DNA of 64,000 nucleotides from Octopus sinensis (Eukaryota), in the NCBI RefSeq assembly GCF_006345805.1, contig NC_043001.1:29698001-29762000 (forward strand), written 5' to 3'. Below the pieces are notes generated by a model. It saw only the letters and a program-made list of their open reading frames with translations, ran no database searches and was not told where the DNA came from. The translations under genes were made by a program, and so were the position numbers. This document shows positions 27,812-41,855 of this stretch, piece after piece; the first letter of the stretch is position 1; every line of letters begins with the position of its first letter.

Positions 27812-30800
27812 TGATGGCAGCCACACATGCCCAGCCCTGTTAAAAATACTCTTGATGCATTGAGAAGACCTGTTGAGTCAGGTAAAACCAATATCGTAAA
27901 TGAGAACAATGCCCCCTGGCTGGCTCCCGTGCTGATGGCACATAAAAGGCATCATCCAAATGTGGTCAATACCAGGTCCACCTGATTGGCTCCTGTGCCT
28001 GTGGCACTTAAAAAACACCATCCGAATGTGTTTGTTGCCAGGCCTGGTTCTAGTGCTGGTGGCACGTAAAAAGCACCAACCGATCGTGACTAACACCAGT
28101 ACCCCCTAACTGGTTCCTGTGCTGGCGGCATGTAAAAAGCACCATCCAAACATTGTCATTGCCAGGCCCGCTTTACTGGCTCCTGTGCCGGTGGCGCGTA
28201 AAAAGCGTCCACTACATCCTTGGAGTGGTTGGCATTAGGAAGAGCATCTAGCTGTAGAAACTCTGCCAGACCGGATTGGAGCCAGGTGCAGCTGCTGGCT
28301 CTCCAGAACTCAATCAAACCGTCTAACCATGCTAGCATGGAAACGGACGTTAATCGATGATGATGATGATTGATACATACATATATACATGGTCTTTGCA
28401 TTTGTTCAGTCCACTGTAACTACAGTCTGACCTCTGGTCAGGAGAACTTTGATCAAGAGCATTCTAGCCATATCCATACCAATTTTAACTTAGTGTATTT
28501 AGGACCACATTATCCAGTGTACACTAGTTTTTATATTATTAAGTAGGATATAATTTAAGGAAGACTTGGTTACTATTTCTAACAGGTCAAATGATCATGT
28601 AGAAGTTTCCTCTTAGATTCAACTTGATACAGTAATAATATACTTTAATCTATATAATCTCTTTTGACCACTTAAAAACTGGATTTCTGGATATTGACCT
28701 CATTTGCTGCAAAATATATTGCATTATTCTGTTGATCAAAACAATTTTTTCCACCTGCTTTGCTTCACACATACTAGTTGTTCTAGGAATTAACTAGTAA
28801 TAGGAATTTGAACCAGCACAGGAGCTTATCTTTTATGAGATTAGCATATTAAACTTATTAAAGCTGCAACCAACTTATTCTTTAAACAAATACCGTTATG
28901 AAATATCCTAAAACTTCAAGTTCAATGTTGTCACCATATGTCCATATGCTCAATAAAATATTGTATATACGGCAATGTTTTATTGAAATTATATGTTCAA
29001 CATAAAGATAAAACACTCGTATGGAGAGATCTTCAGTCAGTCAAAATTGACCATGCATATGCATGTCTATACTCAGGTAAGACTTTTTTTGAAGAAGAAG
29101 AAGATGGACAATTGCTCATGAATGTAAGTCTTCCCTCTAGAAGCCACCAATGTTTATTCAAAATAAAGGTCACCAGTAAATGATATAGTTTAGCACCATT
29201 ATCAATGCAAGCATTGTTAGTAGAATGCAAAGAGCTGGAACAGGAAAAACATAGCATCTTACCTAATCCACTGCCCTGTACTGGTATTATGTCATCAATC
29301 CCAAAAGGTTAAAAATCAAAGCTGATCTCAGTGGGATTTGAACTTGAAGTACAAAGAATCAAATCAAGTACTGTGAGGCATGCTCTACTGATTTTTACCA
29401 GTTCACTACCTTGACAACACTAAGTCAGATAACTATGCAAGTATAACACAAGAAATCAACAGCCTTTCTAATAAAATACACATTTCTTAATAACTATGAT
29501 CCTGGTCATCCAACTGGAATGGTATTCATTCCAAACTTCAGGCAAAATAGTCTCTTTTAACCCTTTCGTTACCGTATTTATTTTGAGATGCTCTGTGTTT
29601 CTTTCAATTATTTTAAATATAACAAAGAATTTAGTAAAATAACTTAGTTATCATTAAGCTAGTATTAGGAATATAAATTGCGACTAAGGTTTGGTGGTAT
29701 ATTTTGATGCAAAACTTATGGAAAAAAGACATTTGTACTACAGAGCTAGAGCCAGGTTGGTAACGAAAGGGCACTTTAGCCAGCATTTATGGAAATGAAC
29801 ATCACATTTATTTCATAAATATCACAAAGAAGAATTCTAAAACAAATTTTAATTCTTGCAAATTCATACAGCTCATTATGAAGTTATCAAAACAGATACG
29901 TAAAGAAAAGGAAAATTAAGTAAAAATTACTTACATCAGAATCATTTGCATAAACTCGAATAACGTCTTCGTTAATTGGACTATTTTCCGCGATGTCTGT
30001 AGTGAAATCTTTTATGAAAAAGACTGGTGGTTTATTATTCCTTATAATGTCTATATTTACATTTGCTGTTTTGTCAGCTGTTTTGGGAACAGGAAGCCCT
30101 TTATCTGACACTCTCACTTCAAACTAAAAGAAAACAGAGTAAACAATTGATTTAATATTGAGTTAATATTTATTATGTTTAGTATTAAAAATTTAATATG
30201 CAATTTTTCATTTTATTTCATTTAAATAGTTTTCATTTTTAGACACATACACACACACACACACACATATACATTCTTACACACACATACATACATTCTT
30301 AAACACACATACATACATTCTTACACACACACATACATACATACACACATTCATGCACACACACACACACACACAGGTGTATTTCAGACTAGTGAAATAC
30401 ACTGGTCCATCAAATCAATTACACAATTACACTAATTAGCTTGTGTCCCAAAAACATTCATTAGAATATCTATTTCTTTATTGCCCACAAAGGGCTAAAC
30501 ATAGAGTGGACAAACAAAGACAGACATAGGTATTAAGTCATTACATCGACTCCAGTGCGTCACTGGTACTTAATTTATCGACCCCGGAAGGATGAAAGGC
30601 AAAGTCGACCTTGGTGGAATTTGAACTCACAACGTAACAGCAGACGAAATACTGTTAAGCATTTCGCCCGGCGTGCTAACATTTCTGCTAGCTCACCGCC
30701 TTATCATTATGTGTCTTCTCATACAATGTAAGTCCACCATGAAATGAATGCTGCAGAGTATAAAGTCCTAAGGCAGCAGATAGTATGAGTGAGCCTCATG

Positions 30801-32455
30801 TAGGTTGTGTATGAGTGTGTATATATTAAATAAAATGAGACAAGAAAGCCAAGGTAGTGTGAAATTTCTAGGACATTTCAGAAAGAGAAAGGTAGTCTTA
30901 CAGTTGTTTCAGGGATATAAAAAGCATTCCATCATCAGAGACGATATGAGAGAGTTAAATAGAAGGAAATAGTAGAGTTCAATATAAGAAGTTATTTTGG
31001 AAAGGGAGAGATATAGGAAGTATAAAGGAAAATATAAGAATAAAAATAAAAGATATGTTGGATGTTAAACTCGCTATTCCATTATCCAGGGAATGTGTTG
31101 TATAGAATGGGTAAAAAGGCTTCTTGTCCATGGTATGTAAGTTCTTATAGGAGTTCATATTTTGTTATTACAATTAATAAACATTCACTGATAACACAAT
31201 TAGTTGCCTGGCTGAATAAAAATGTGTTATATGCAACAGAAGCAACATAAAATTAAAATTAATCCTCTCTGGATTAAACATTCAGTTTCACAAACTTTGA
31301 CTTTCTCCTCATTGAATTAATTTTCATCAACCATGTTAATTCTGATTCAAATGAGCCAAAGAGATGCATCTCTTTACTTTTCAGTTTCTGTTTGTCATTC
31401 CACTTTTTCCCAGGTAGTCAGATGGAGCCCTGGAAGCAGTTGTCTAAACCCATTCTGACTACTCCTGTGATGAGTCTAATGCAGAATGATAACAGCCTTT
31501 AGATCCATCAGTGACGTAGAGAGGGAGGGCATGCTGCAAGGGCAACAACCTGTTCTCCATACCAAACTATCCAAGCTTGGATCCAACTGAACACCCTATA
31601 CTGGCCTAACAGTACCAAGACAGCCCACAATTGCAACTTGTGTGGCAGAGACTGCCATTCATGCATCAGACTGTCTTACTTGTACTTGTGACGGCATTCA
31701 CCCATGGCGGGTTGAGCCAGCTTCTTCTCTGTTCTTAATAGCATCACGAACCCTGGTGGCCCACACTCGACGGTCCTGTGCGAGGTCACTGGAGATAGTG
31801 AGCCATTCGCGGTACCATCTGCACAGACCAACCACCTGCAGACCTGAGAGTTCGGAGAGGTCCTCCTTTATCATCGTTGCCCAGACTGTCTACCCACAGA
31901 TGACCCTGGTTGAGTAGCACAGACATATAGGACATTTGTGCACAGTCATTAATGACAGATAGAGGTTCAGAGAATTAACAACAGATGTTATGCATTAACT
32001 ACTGATATAAGCATCCAATAATAGAGTTTAACCTTTCTCAACTATTTTGTATGCCATAAGTAGTGTTAAATCTCACCACTATATGCGGCTGGATTAACCA
32101 ACAAGATTAATTAACAAGACATACTTGTCTGGATCATCAAGTTTTTGATCTGTTGGTGATAAGTTTATAATTCCTTTTAAACATTTATGAAAAAGTGAGT
32201 GTTGGTTGTGAAGTAATACAAATAGCCAATAATTCAGCTAAACAGAGGCGAAATTCTTAGAAAATTGGAATTCACCTCTTTGTTGGAGAATGGAAACAAC
32301 TGGTATCAATTGTAAATGACTATCAGTGGAAAGGGGTGATATTATTAAAATTATTTAATCAACAGGCGCAGGCATAGCTATGTAGTAAGCAGCTTGCTTC
32401 CCAACCACATGGCTCTAGGTTCAGTCCCACTGCGTGGCATCTTGGACAATATATA

Positions 32456-32492
<37 letters not shown>

Positions 32493-33622
32493 GTGTGTGT
32501 CTTTTTGTCTGTGTTTATCCCCACCATCACCACTTGATAACTGGCATTAGTGTGTTTACATCTACATAACTTAGAGACTGATAAAATAAGTACTAGGCTT
32601 AAGAATAAAGCCCTGGGGTCAATTTGTTTAACCCTTCAAGGGGTGCTGCAGTATGGCTGCAGTCAAATTACTGAAATGAGTAAAAGAACATTATTGGAAT
32701 GAAAGATTGGATCCTTGCAGTTAGATATTAAATCCTTATCCTCTTTTAATGTCCATCTTTCATGCTAGCATCGGTTGGACAGCTTGATAGGATCTGTTAG
32801 GTTTAAGAAATGCATTATGCTCCAAAGTCTGCTTTGACATGGTTTCTACAGTGGGATGTCCTTTTTAACACCAACCACTTTACAGTGTTCTTGGCAATCT
32901 TTCCATGATACTAGCATGAGTAAGCTTGTAAAACAAAGATCCCCTGCAAGTGCGATGGGGTGCAGAATTAACTACAGATGTAATGGGTTTCTGTAATAAT
33001 AAGCAAAGAGATAAACATCCAATAACAGAGTTTAACCATTTTCAACCATTTTGTATACTACCAATAGTATTAGAACCCACTACTATATATACATAGAGGG
33101 AAGTGAAAGATGTATAGTGATGGAAGAGATAATTTGCTGCACCTGAAGAGTGATCACTGTAAAATGTGAGTGGAACAGGACAGTATTAAGAATAAAGGAT
33201 AGATATCAAGTGAAATGGTTCCAAGGAGGAGAAAAATAAGTGATAACAGAGAAAAAGATGAAGAAATGTGTATTTCTAGTAAAGTATTCAGTCCAGTATT
33301 CTGCTGCTTCACACATAATTAACCCTGCACATGTAAGTGAAGCAGGGTTATTGTAGTTGTTGGTCTGTCTATGTGTTTGCAAAATTACTGGAAAACGGCT
33401 GAACAAATTTTTACCAAATGTGGCAGAATTACTCATTAATTAAGTGGCTCAAACTCATTAAATTTTGGTTTGATTATCTTTAAAACTAGCGGAGAGATGA
33501 ATCAAATTTTTTTTCTTTGTTACATATGCATAGATGACAAGCAGGGGAAATAACTTTTAATGTCATTTTGTTGAAATATAAATTCGTCTGAAAATATATT
33601 TAAATTAAATTTTATTTTATTC

Positions 33623-33660
<38 letters not shown>

Positions 33661-36600
33661 GGTATGCGTCGCCCCTCCAATGCCTTTTTTTTTTTTCATT
33701 CTAAATGTTCTTAACTGGAAATAGATGGCCAAGAAAAGAAATAGTCAAGTAGAAGAATTTTGGATATATGAAATTAACAGTTTTATTTTGATATCAGATT
33801 AGTTTTTTTAAAACTTACCGAAAAAGATTTGATTGCTTGATCAGCTGCTGGAGAGCGAATAAGTATAACCTCTCCCAAATCATTGACTGAAAAATATTGA
33901 ACTGCATTGTTGGTGCTGATTATCTCATACTTCAGTTCATTATGAGGTGGCTTGAGAAAGAAACATAAATAAAACAAAGTTAAAATTTCGACAAAGAAAG
34001 CTGAAAAAATTTCTAGCCTTATATACAATTTTTAAAAATCTGAATAGCCTAACTTTTCATTGTTAAATTATGGAGTTCTAAAAGTTCACACGGCATATAT
34101 CAGACTGAGACTGAATTGGTATTTCTATTAAGAAATGCTAAACTGTGTGTTTTGAGAAGGTTAGAGATGAAAGACTATGTTACTAAAAGTATTTATTGAG
34201 AGTCTTCTTGTCTGTTTCTAGCATAGATATTTGTATTATTGTAATAATATTGGAGAGAAATGCATGCATGTAACTCCATAATGCCATAAACTCCCCAAAG
34301 AATGCATAAGGATGATGCATTTTTCTATAGGTATATCTATCCATCAGGTAATATACATGTATAAACAATATATGAGTAAATTATATAAAAATATGGCAAT
34401 ACATATGCATATCAATCCATATACATATGTATATAATCATATCACCATCACCATCACCATGACCAACCAGGGTATCAGATGTTGCTACACATTGCTGGTC
34501 ACAATGCGTTTCACATTGTTTTAGCCTTCAAATGATGCCATCCCACTGGCTCAGCGAGCAGGCCAACAGAAGAAAGAGTGAGAGAAAGTTATGGTGAAAG
34601 AGTACAGCAGGGATTTCCACCACCCCCTGTCAGAGCCTTGTGGAGCTTTAGGTGTTTTTGCTCAATAAACACTCACAACGCCTGGTCTGGGAACCGAAAC
34701 CACGATCCTACAACTGCGAGTCTGCTGCCCTAACCACTGGGCCATTGCGCCTCCACATATAATCATATATGTACATATATATACTTATGTGCACCAATAT
34801 ATATATACTGACAGGGAAACACACACATATGTGTACATCCTAAAGCTTACGCATCACTTGTATCCTCAAATGCTTATGTGCGCTTTTATAAAGTGCTTAT
34901 TATAAATGCATAGGGATTACAAAAAATTAATTTTATACAATCCTTTTTCACAACTCTAGGAAGTAACTTGTGCAAAAGAATTAAACAAAGCTAGTTTTAT
35001 GTAACCTTCATGCAAGTGTCATTTGGATGATTTGAAAAATAATTGGCAGATTTAATACAGACATGAAAAAATCATAATTGCAATTGTTGCTATTTTTACT
35101 GATGGATTTTCTTTACTCAGCTTCTAGTGTATGGATCCATGTATAATTCAAATACTAGGAAATTCTTGCTGTTCAAAATATCATTATAAACCAAAAGTTG
35201 AATTATATTAATTTTCTAATAAAAAAAAATTGGAAATATAATTAGTTGTTCTATGTAAAACAATAAATGAAATTAAGGAAAAAATATTACTGCACGGTCT
35301 GAATCTGAAGCAGATATTTTTAGGATTGCAGTATTCAATGGGAAGGTCTCTTGAATTTGCTTGCTGTAAGTAGTTTCTTGCAAAATTGGTTTATTTAAAT
35401 TCCTTTCAACATTCACCACAATAACACATGTAGTTTGTTTTCCTCCACCGTCTTTGGCATATATGGAAAGCTGTCAAAAAGTAAAGTTATAAAAAGTTTG
35501 AAATTATAATGAGAAGATACTTATTATTACATTTTTTCTATTTATCTATTCGGTTGAAGAAAGCAGGATGGCACTTATGCCCTTTAGATGCTTTTGTGGA
35601 ATGGTGAGGTAACTGTGACCGATGTTCAGTTTGATCTGCTTCAGAGCAAGGGTGGAAGTTGCAGAGAGATTGAGTAAAGTGTCTAGTAATAGAGACTAGT
35701 AATAGAGACACTGTATAGATTATTAAAGACAGATAAACAGCAGCACTATGGAATTCTGAATTAAGGGAGTGCATAGATGGCATGTTCAGAGAAGTTAAAA
35801 CTAAAAAGAAAACACATCATATTAGTTAGCTAAAGGCCATATGTGTATATGAAAGGCCATAAATGAACAGATAAAAGTGACTTTGCCAAATAAGCAAGAT
35901 TACATCGTTTGAGATGTACTTTGTTTGCGTACATATATAAATAAAATATAGTCTCTTCCTGATTAGATAATGTTTATTTGGAGCGAAGGGTTTAGGTGGC
36001 TCAAATGAAACATAAGAAAAACAATGTCACGGGACCTTATCCGAAGGCTGTGATTGGTTGGCTTACATACTGGCGCGAAATAAGTCGAGAGACAAACTGC
36101 GCCAATGCCAACCAATCAGAGCAGTGGACACAACAGGGTCAAAATAGCCGAAGATGGTTGTTATCTAATGCGAGATCATTTCTAATATATCTCTCAAACA
36201 GTGAGGATATCACTCACGCTACAAAGTTATACATTGTGCATTCATTTTCTATGAATTCTATGGCGAGGCGTCCTTCATAATGCCAACACTTTAAAGTGTG
36301 TCCTTGGAGCTTTTTTCATGCTATCAGCACTAGTAACTTGCAAGACGGTAACTTGCAAGACGGAGACAGAGAACAGCAACTAGTGATGAGAAGTACTTGA
36401 GGGAAGAGGAGGCATTTTAATATCAAGGCTAAACATGATAAAAGACAAGTATAGATGTCTTGTTGCAAAAGGGATGCATAGCTACCACTCATTATATAGG
36501 GTTGGCTAAGAATAGCTGTAAATGAGAATTTAAGTGTTAGCTTAGATAAAGTGTCTCATAGTAATGAATTGAAACAAGACAGGATATGAAATCTCAAAAA

Positions 36601-39600
36601 TACAACTGTTACCTTACAATACCACCAGACTGAATTTTATACAAAAACTGAGCATGAATATTCAAGTAAAAAAAAACCTTCCTCACCGTATAGCTTAATG
36701 AAGAGTCCTGGGTCAGTGATTTCGCAATTTTTATGTTACCAGTATTTGAATCAACTTGAAAGAGAGTCATGGAAGGTAAATCTCCAGCCAGTTGATATTC
36801 AATTGTACCATATTTCTAAGAAGAAAATTGAAATCATCATCATCATCATCATCAACAACAACACTAGATAATAATATCATCATCAGCAATAACAATATGT
36901 ATCAAGAAGGCTGTCTCTAAGGGTTTCTGTGACTTACTAGAACAGTATTGAATTCTCCCTCAAATTATGCTCTAACATTTTAAAAATGGAAGGAAATAGG
37001 AGACATTGTATAATTTAGTCTTAGATACAGTATGTCTGAAATAAGATTGTATAGTTACAGATAGAATGTCATCCACAATAATATATTCTACCCAAGATAA
37101 TGTTGTATAGTAATCATCATCATCATCATCATCGTTTAACGTCCGTTCTCCATGCTAGCATGGGTTGGACGGTTTGACTGGGGATCTGGGAAGCCAGAAG
37201 GCTGCCCCAGGCTCCGGTCTTATCTGGCAATGTTTCTACAGCTGGATGCCCTTCCTAACGCCAACTACTCCGTGAGTGTAGTGGGTGCTTTTTACATGCC
37301 ACCTGCACTGGAGCTAGGCGAGGCTGGCATCGGCCACAGTCAGATTGGTGCATTTTACGTGCCACCTGCATGGAAGCCAGTCGAGGCGGCACTGGCTTCG
37401 GCCACGATTCAGATGGTGCTTTTTACGTGCCACCGACACGGAAGCCAGTTGAGGCGGCGCTGGCATTGGCCACGATTCGGATAGTGCTTTTTATGTATCT
37501 CCAGTCCAGGGGTCCTGGCATCTGCTAGGTGCCAGTCATAGGATTGGTTCAATTTCGATTCCGATTTCGATTTCACTTGCCCCAACAGGTCTTCGCAAGC
37601 AAAGGGGGGTAGGCATAGGTGCCTGTCGTCGGATGAGGTTCGATATCAACTTCGCTTGCCTCAACAGGGCTTTGTGTGTCCAAGGGAGGAAAGGCATGCA
37701 TAGAGTAATGATAGAGAGATATCAAAAATTAGGTACAAGGATGTTCTAAAGGATTCTATTGGTGTCCTTTCCATTGAATATCATCAGTGGAGTGTTTGTG
37801 TGTATGTGTGTATGTGCATGTGTGTGTGTGTGCATAAGTGTTATGTGTTTGAAATCTGAAATTTAGAGTGATGTGAATCCATTTGAAATTTAGTGTAATA
37901 TGAATCAATTTGCAATCACTCCCTAGTCAGTGAAACATTTCAATACTTACATTATTATCTGCATCAGTAGCCTTCACTACAGCAATCACTTCATTTACAG
38001 GCCTGTTCTCCTGAATGGTCACTGGTGCAATATTTTGGCAAACAGGAGAGGCAGTGTTGCGTATGACATTGACAGTGAGAATTCTTGACTGACTGAGCGA
38101 TGGAGTACCGCGATCAGTGCCGATGAGAGTAATCTAAAAAATAAGCAAACACCCATTGTTATAGAAAAATCTACAAACTTGACAAGCAATAAAAGAATAT
38201 AAAGAGCAGGGAATCAAACCCATACCTACATGCATGCATAGACTCACATAATCTAAGGCCCATTACCACGCAGTATCCTACAATTTACAAATACTTCATA
38301 CAGATTATCATCTGCTTGAGAAAGAAACCTTTTGTAATGAACAGTAAAACTTCTAAGATTTTTCCAACTATTTTATTTCCTTGGTAACTGGTTACTTTAG
38401 CTACAACTAGTTACATTAGCTGTATGTGGTCAGTGGTTGAACATATAAACCCCTACATCATTACATTATCTTGTGACTATCAAATGCATTTTACTAAGAT
38501 AGAAACCATTTTACTAGGACACTTAAAATGAAACAAAAAAAATGGATTATATAGAAATATTATTTCATATGCTCTTTCACTCATAAGATAAAGACCTCTC
38601 ATAATAATTCTTTCTACTATAGGTACAAGGCCTGAAATTTTGGTGGGTGTACTAGTTGATTATTTTGACCCAATCTTTCACTGGTGCTTAATTTATCAAC
38701 CCTGAAAAGATGAAAGGCAAAGTCAATCTCAATGGAATTTGAACTCAGAATGTAAAGACAGATGAAATACCTATTTCTTTACTACCCACAAGGGTCTAAA
38801 CACAGAGAGGACAAACAAGGGTAAACAAACGGATTAAGTCGATTATATCGACCCCAGTGCGTAACTGGTACTTATTTAATCGACCCCGAAACGATGAAAG
38901 GCAAAGTCGACCTCGGCGGAATTTGAACTCAGAATGTAGCAGCAGACAAAATACTGCTAAGCATTTCGCCCGGCGTGCTAACAATTCTGCCAGCTCACTG
39001 CCTTGAGACCTCCCATAATAACCCTGTCTACTCTAAGCACATGGCCTGAAATTTTGGGGGAGGGGGATAGTTGATTATATTAATCCCAGTACTCTAACTG
39101 GTACTTATTTTATCAACCCCAAAAGGATGAAAGGTAAAGTCAACCTCAGCAGGATTTGAACTCTGAACATAGTGGCAGATGAAATACTGCTCAGCATTTT
39201 GCCCAGCATGCTAAGGATTCTGCCCGCTTATCACCTTATAATAATAATAACAGTCACCAGTCCAATTTCCTTCAAAACCATTTTTCCTTTCCTTTCTTTC
39301 TTTTAGCTGGAATATACTCATGTACAAATGTGATCAGTACTCAAGTATATATTATTTTATTTATGTGCCCTTTTCAAGCCTAGCCAGGCTCGGGGGCCCG
39401 GTTTCCTGGTTTCTGTGGTGAATGTGTTCCTCCCAGCTGGACAGGACACTAGTCCATCACAGCGTTACCCAAGAAACAGAAAGAAAGAGTGAGAGAAAGT
39501 TGGGGCAAAAGAGTACAACAGGGATCGCTATCACCCCCTGCCAGAGCCTCATGGATCTTTAGGTATTTTCACTCAATAAACACACACAATGCCCGGTCTA

Positions 39601-39973
39601 GGAATCGAAACCACAATCCTCCGACTGTGAGTCCACTGCCTTAACCACTGGGCCATTGTGCCTCCACACTCAAGTATATGTGACAATTTGTTATTAAACA
39701 ACAGATGCAGCATTTGTTTAGAATAACATTCTGTATATCTTACTTATTCTGTTTTTTTCATTTGTTTCAATCATTTGACTGTGGCCATGCTGGAGCACCC
39801 CCTTGAAGAATTTTAGTTGAACAAATCAACCCCAGGACTTATTTTTTATGCCTATACTTACTCTATCAATTTGTTTTGCCAAACCACTAAGTTACAGACA
39901 TAAACGCACCATCACCAATTGTCAAACAGTGACAGCAGGGGACAAATACAAACACACACACACACACACACAT

Positions 39974-40010
<37 letters not shown>

Positions 40011-41794
40011 ACACACACACACACACAAATGACAGGCCTCTTTCAGTTTCCGTCTACCAAATCAACTCACAAGGCTTTAGTCGGCTCAAGGCTATAGTAG
40101 AAGACACTTGCCCAAGATGCCATGCACTGGAACTGAACCCAGAACCATGTGGTTGGGAAGCAAGTTTCTTACCACACAGCCATGCCTGCACCTTTAGTGT
40201 AGATAAATTGTAGAAAGCCACAACACTGTGGTATTCATCATGAGAAAGCATCTCGTATAGAAGTAGAGGGCTAAAAACACAGAATTTTTTCTGTAACAGA
40301 CAGAAAATGTCCAGCAGTGACAGTGAAATTGCTATATCTGGATTTCTACATCTTTGTACATCATCCATAGCAAGTATCCACTTTCAACTAACAAATGCTT
40401 AGACAAATTTTGCCCTTATTGATATAGAAAAATAGTCGTTAACAAATAACTGGTGTCACAAATAGCTGGCAGGATGGCTAAAATTTAATTATTAGCAGAG
40501 GAAGACCCTCATATTTCATTGAGTGAGTGAAGAAAAGAATGTAACATTTCTTCTATGTGAATGGAAGAGGACTGGTTAATTGAACCTTCAGCTACACTTG
40601 TGGCCATCTTCAGAGTAAAGAAGTAAATAATTTAAGAATTAATATAATTGTGAGTCATCTTAATCAGTAATATGAATCTTACTAATAAGAAATTATTAGT
40701 AATAATAAATTATTACAGCTCACTAATAATTTTGGTTGAAAGGGATACATAACTTGATCTCACTCCTATGAGTTATAATATAATGAAATTGTGGGATGGC
40801 ATGCATGCCTACATACATACAGACATACACACACTCATACATATATACATTATACCAATGTCTTATCTGCTAAAAGGATTTCTTATTTAAGGATAGATTT
40901 CTGTGTAATAATAACAAAGGGTCATCTATTGATCTTCCCACATTTAATGGACATTTTATAAAGCCTTATTCTTTGGTTACTTGTTGAAGCAGTTCTTCAA
41001 TAATTTGGATTTACAGAAGTCCTTAGGCTATTTTGATAACTTTATCAAATCTCTATAAAAGTCAGATAATTGCTTACTTACTGTATAGGAAGTGCTTGAA
41101 TCACTTGTGAGTGGCTTACTAATACCAACATTTCCAGTTACTGGGTTCAGGTAAAACAAATCCGTTCCTGCACTTGGAGTAATGGAAGAAATCCGAAAAA
41201 CTACATCACTGTTTAATGTATTCTGCAAAAAAGAAAAAAACAACAATAAACCATAGAAAAATTGAAAAAGAAAAAAACCTAGAAGATAACAAAAAAATAG
41301 TTTGCAAACAAGTAAAAAAGGAACAGAGCACCACCACATGGTCTAGTTCTTGTTACGGTTTGGTGGCTTATGTGCCTCAATGACCCTGAGAGCTATGCCA
41401 ACAGAGCACAATTTCCTGGTAGGGCTCCCATGTTGGACAGGTTCAAAGGATAGAGGCCAAACTAATATGGACCACCTCTACCCAGAGGTAAAAATGGGTT
41501 TGGGTAGGACCAACCCCCAATCTAGAATAAAGCAAAGTTACAGAAATATCAATGGCAATCCAAATTCAACAACACCTGGGAGAGGAAGGCTTTCCCTCTG
41601 GAAGAGTGCTCCCCATACTGAGAGAGTGGCCCTGCTCATAGTCAAGAACAGTGGAGAAAGGACTCCAACGACTTATGCTCCATAGACAGCAATAGGCTTA
41701 AGTGAGTAAGAATACAGTGAGTTTATGTATGTTTGCACTTATATATGTGTGTGTATGCATGGATATTTATGTGCTTCTGTGTGTACATGTGTGT

Positions 41795-41855
<61 letters not shown>

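Noticed and set aside
29033-29257. Overlapping ORFs 28938-29257 as exons
   Set aside because: No recognisable domain; exon 15 at 27152-27283 fills the slot.
35950-36300. GC-richer block with inverted CCAAT boxes as a promoter
   Set aside because: There is no downstream gene and it resembles a retroelement (possibly Penelope-like) fragment; not classifiable by eye.
1429-41222. Dscam-style mutually exclusive exon array
   Set aside because: The exons alternate between complementary A and B types and I found only one candidate per position; they read as consecutive constitutive exons. Additional cryptic exons cannot be fully excluded.
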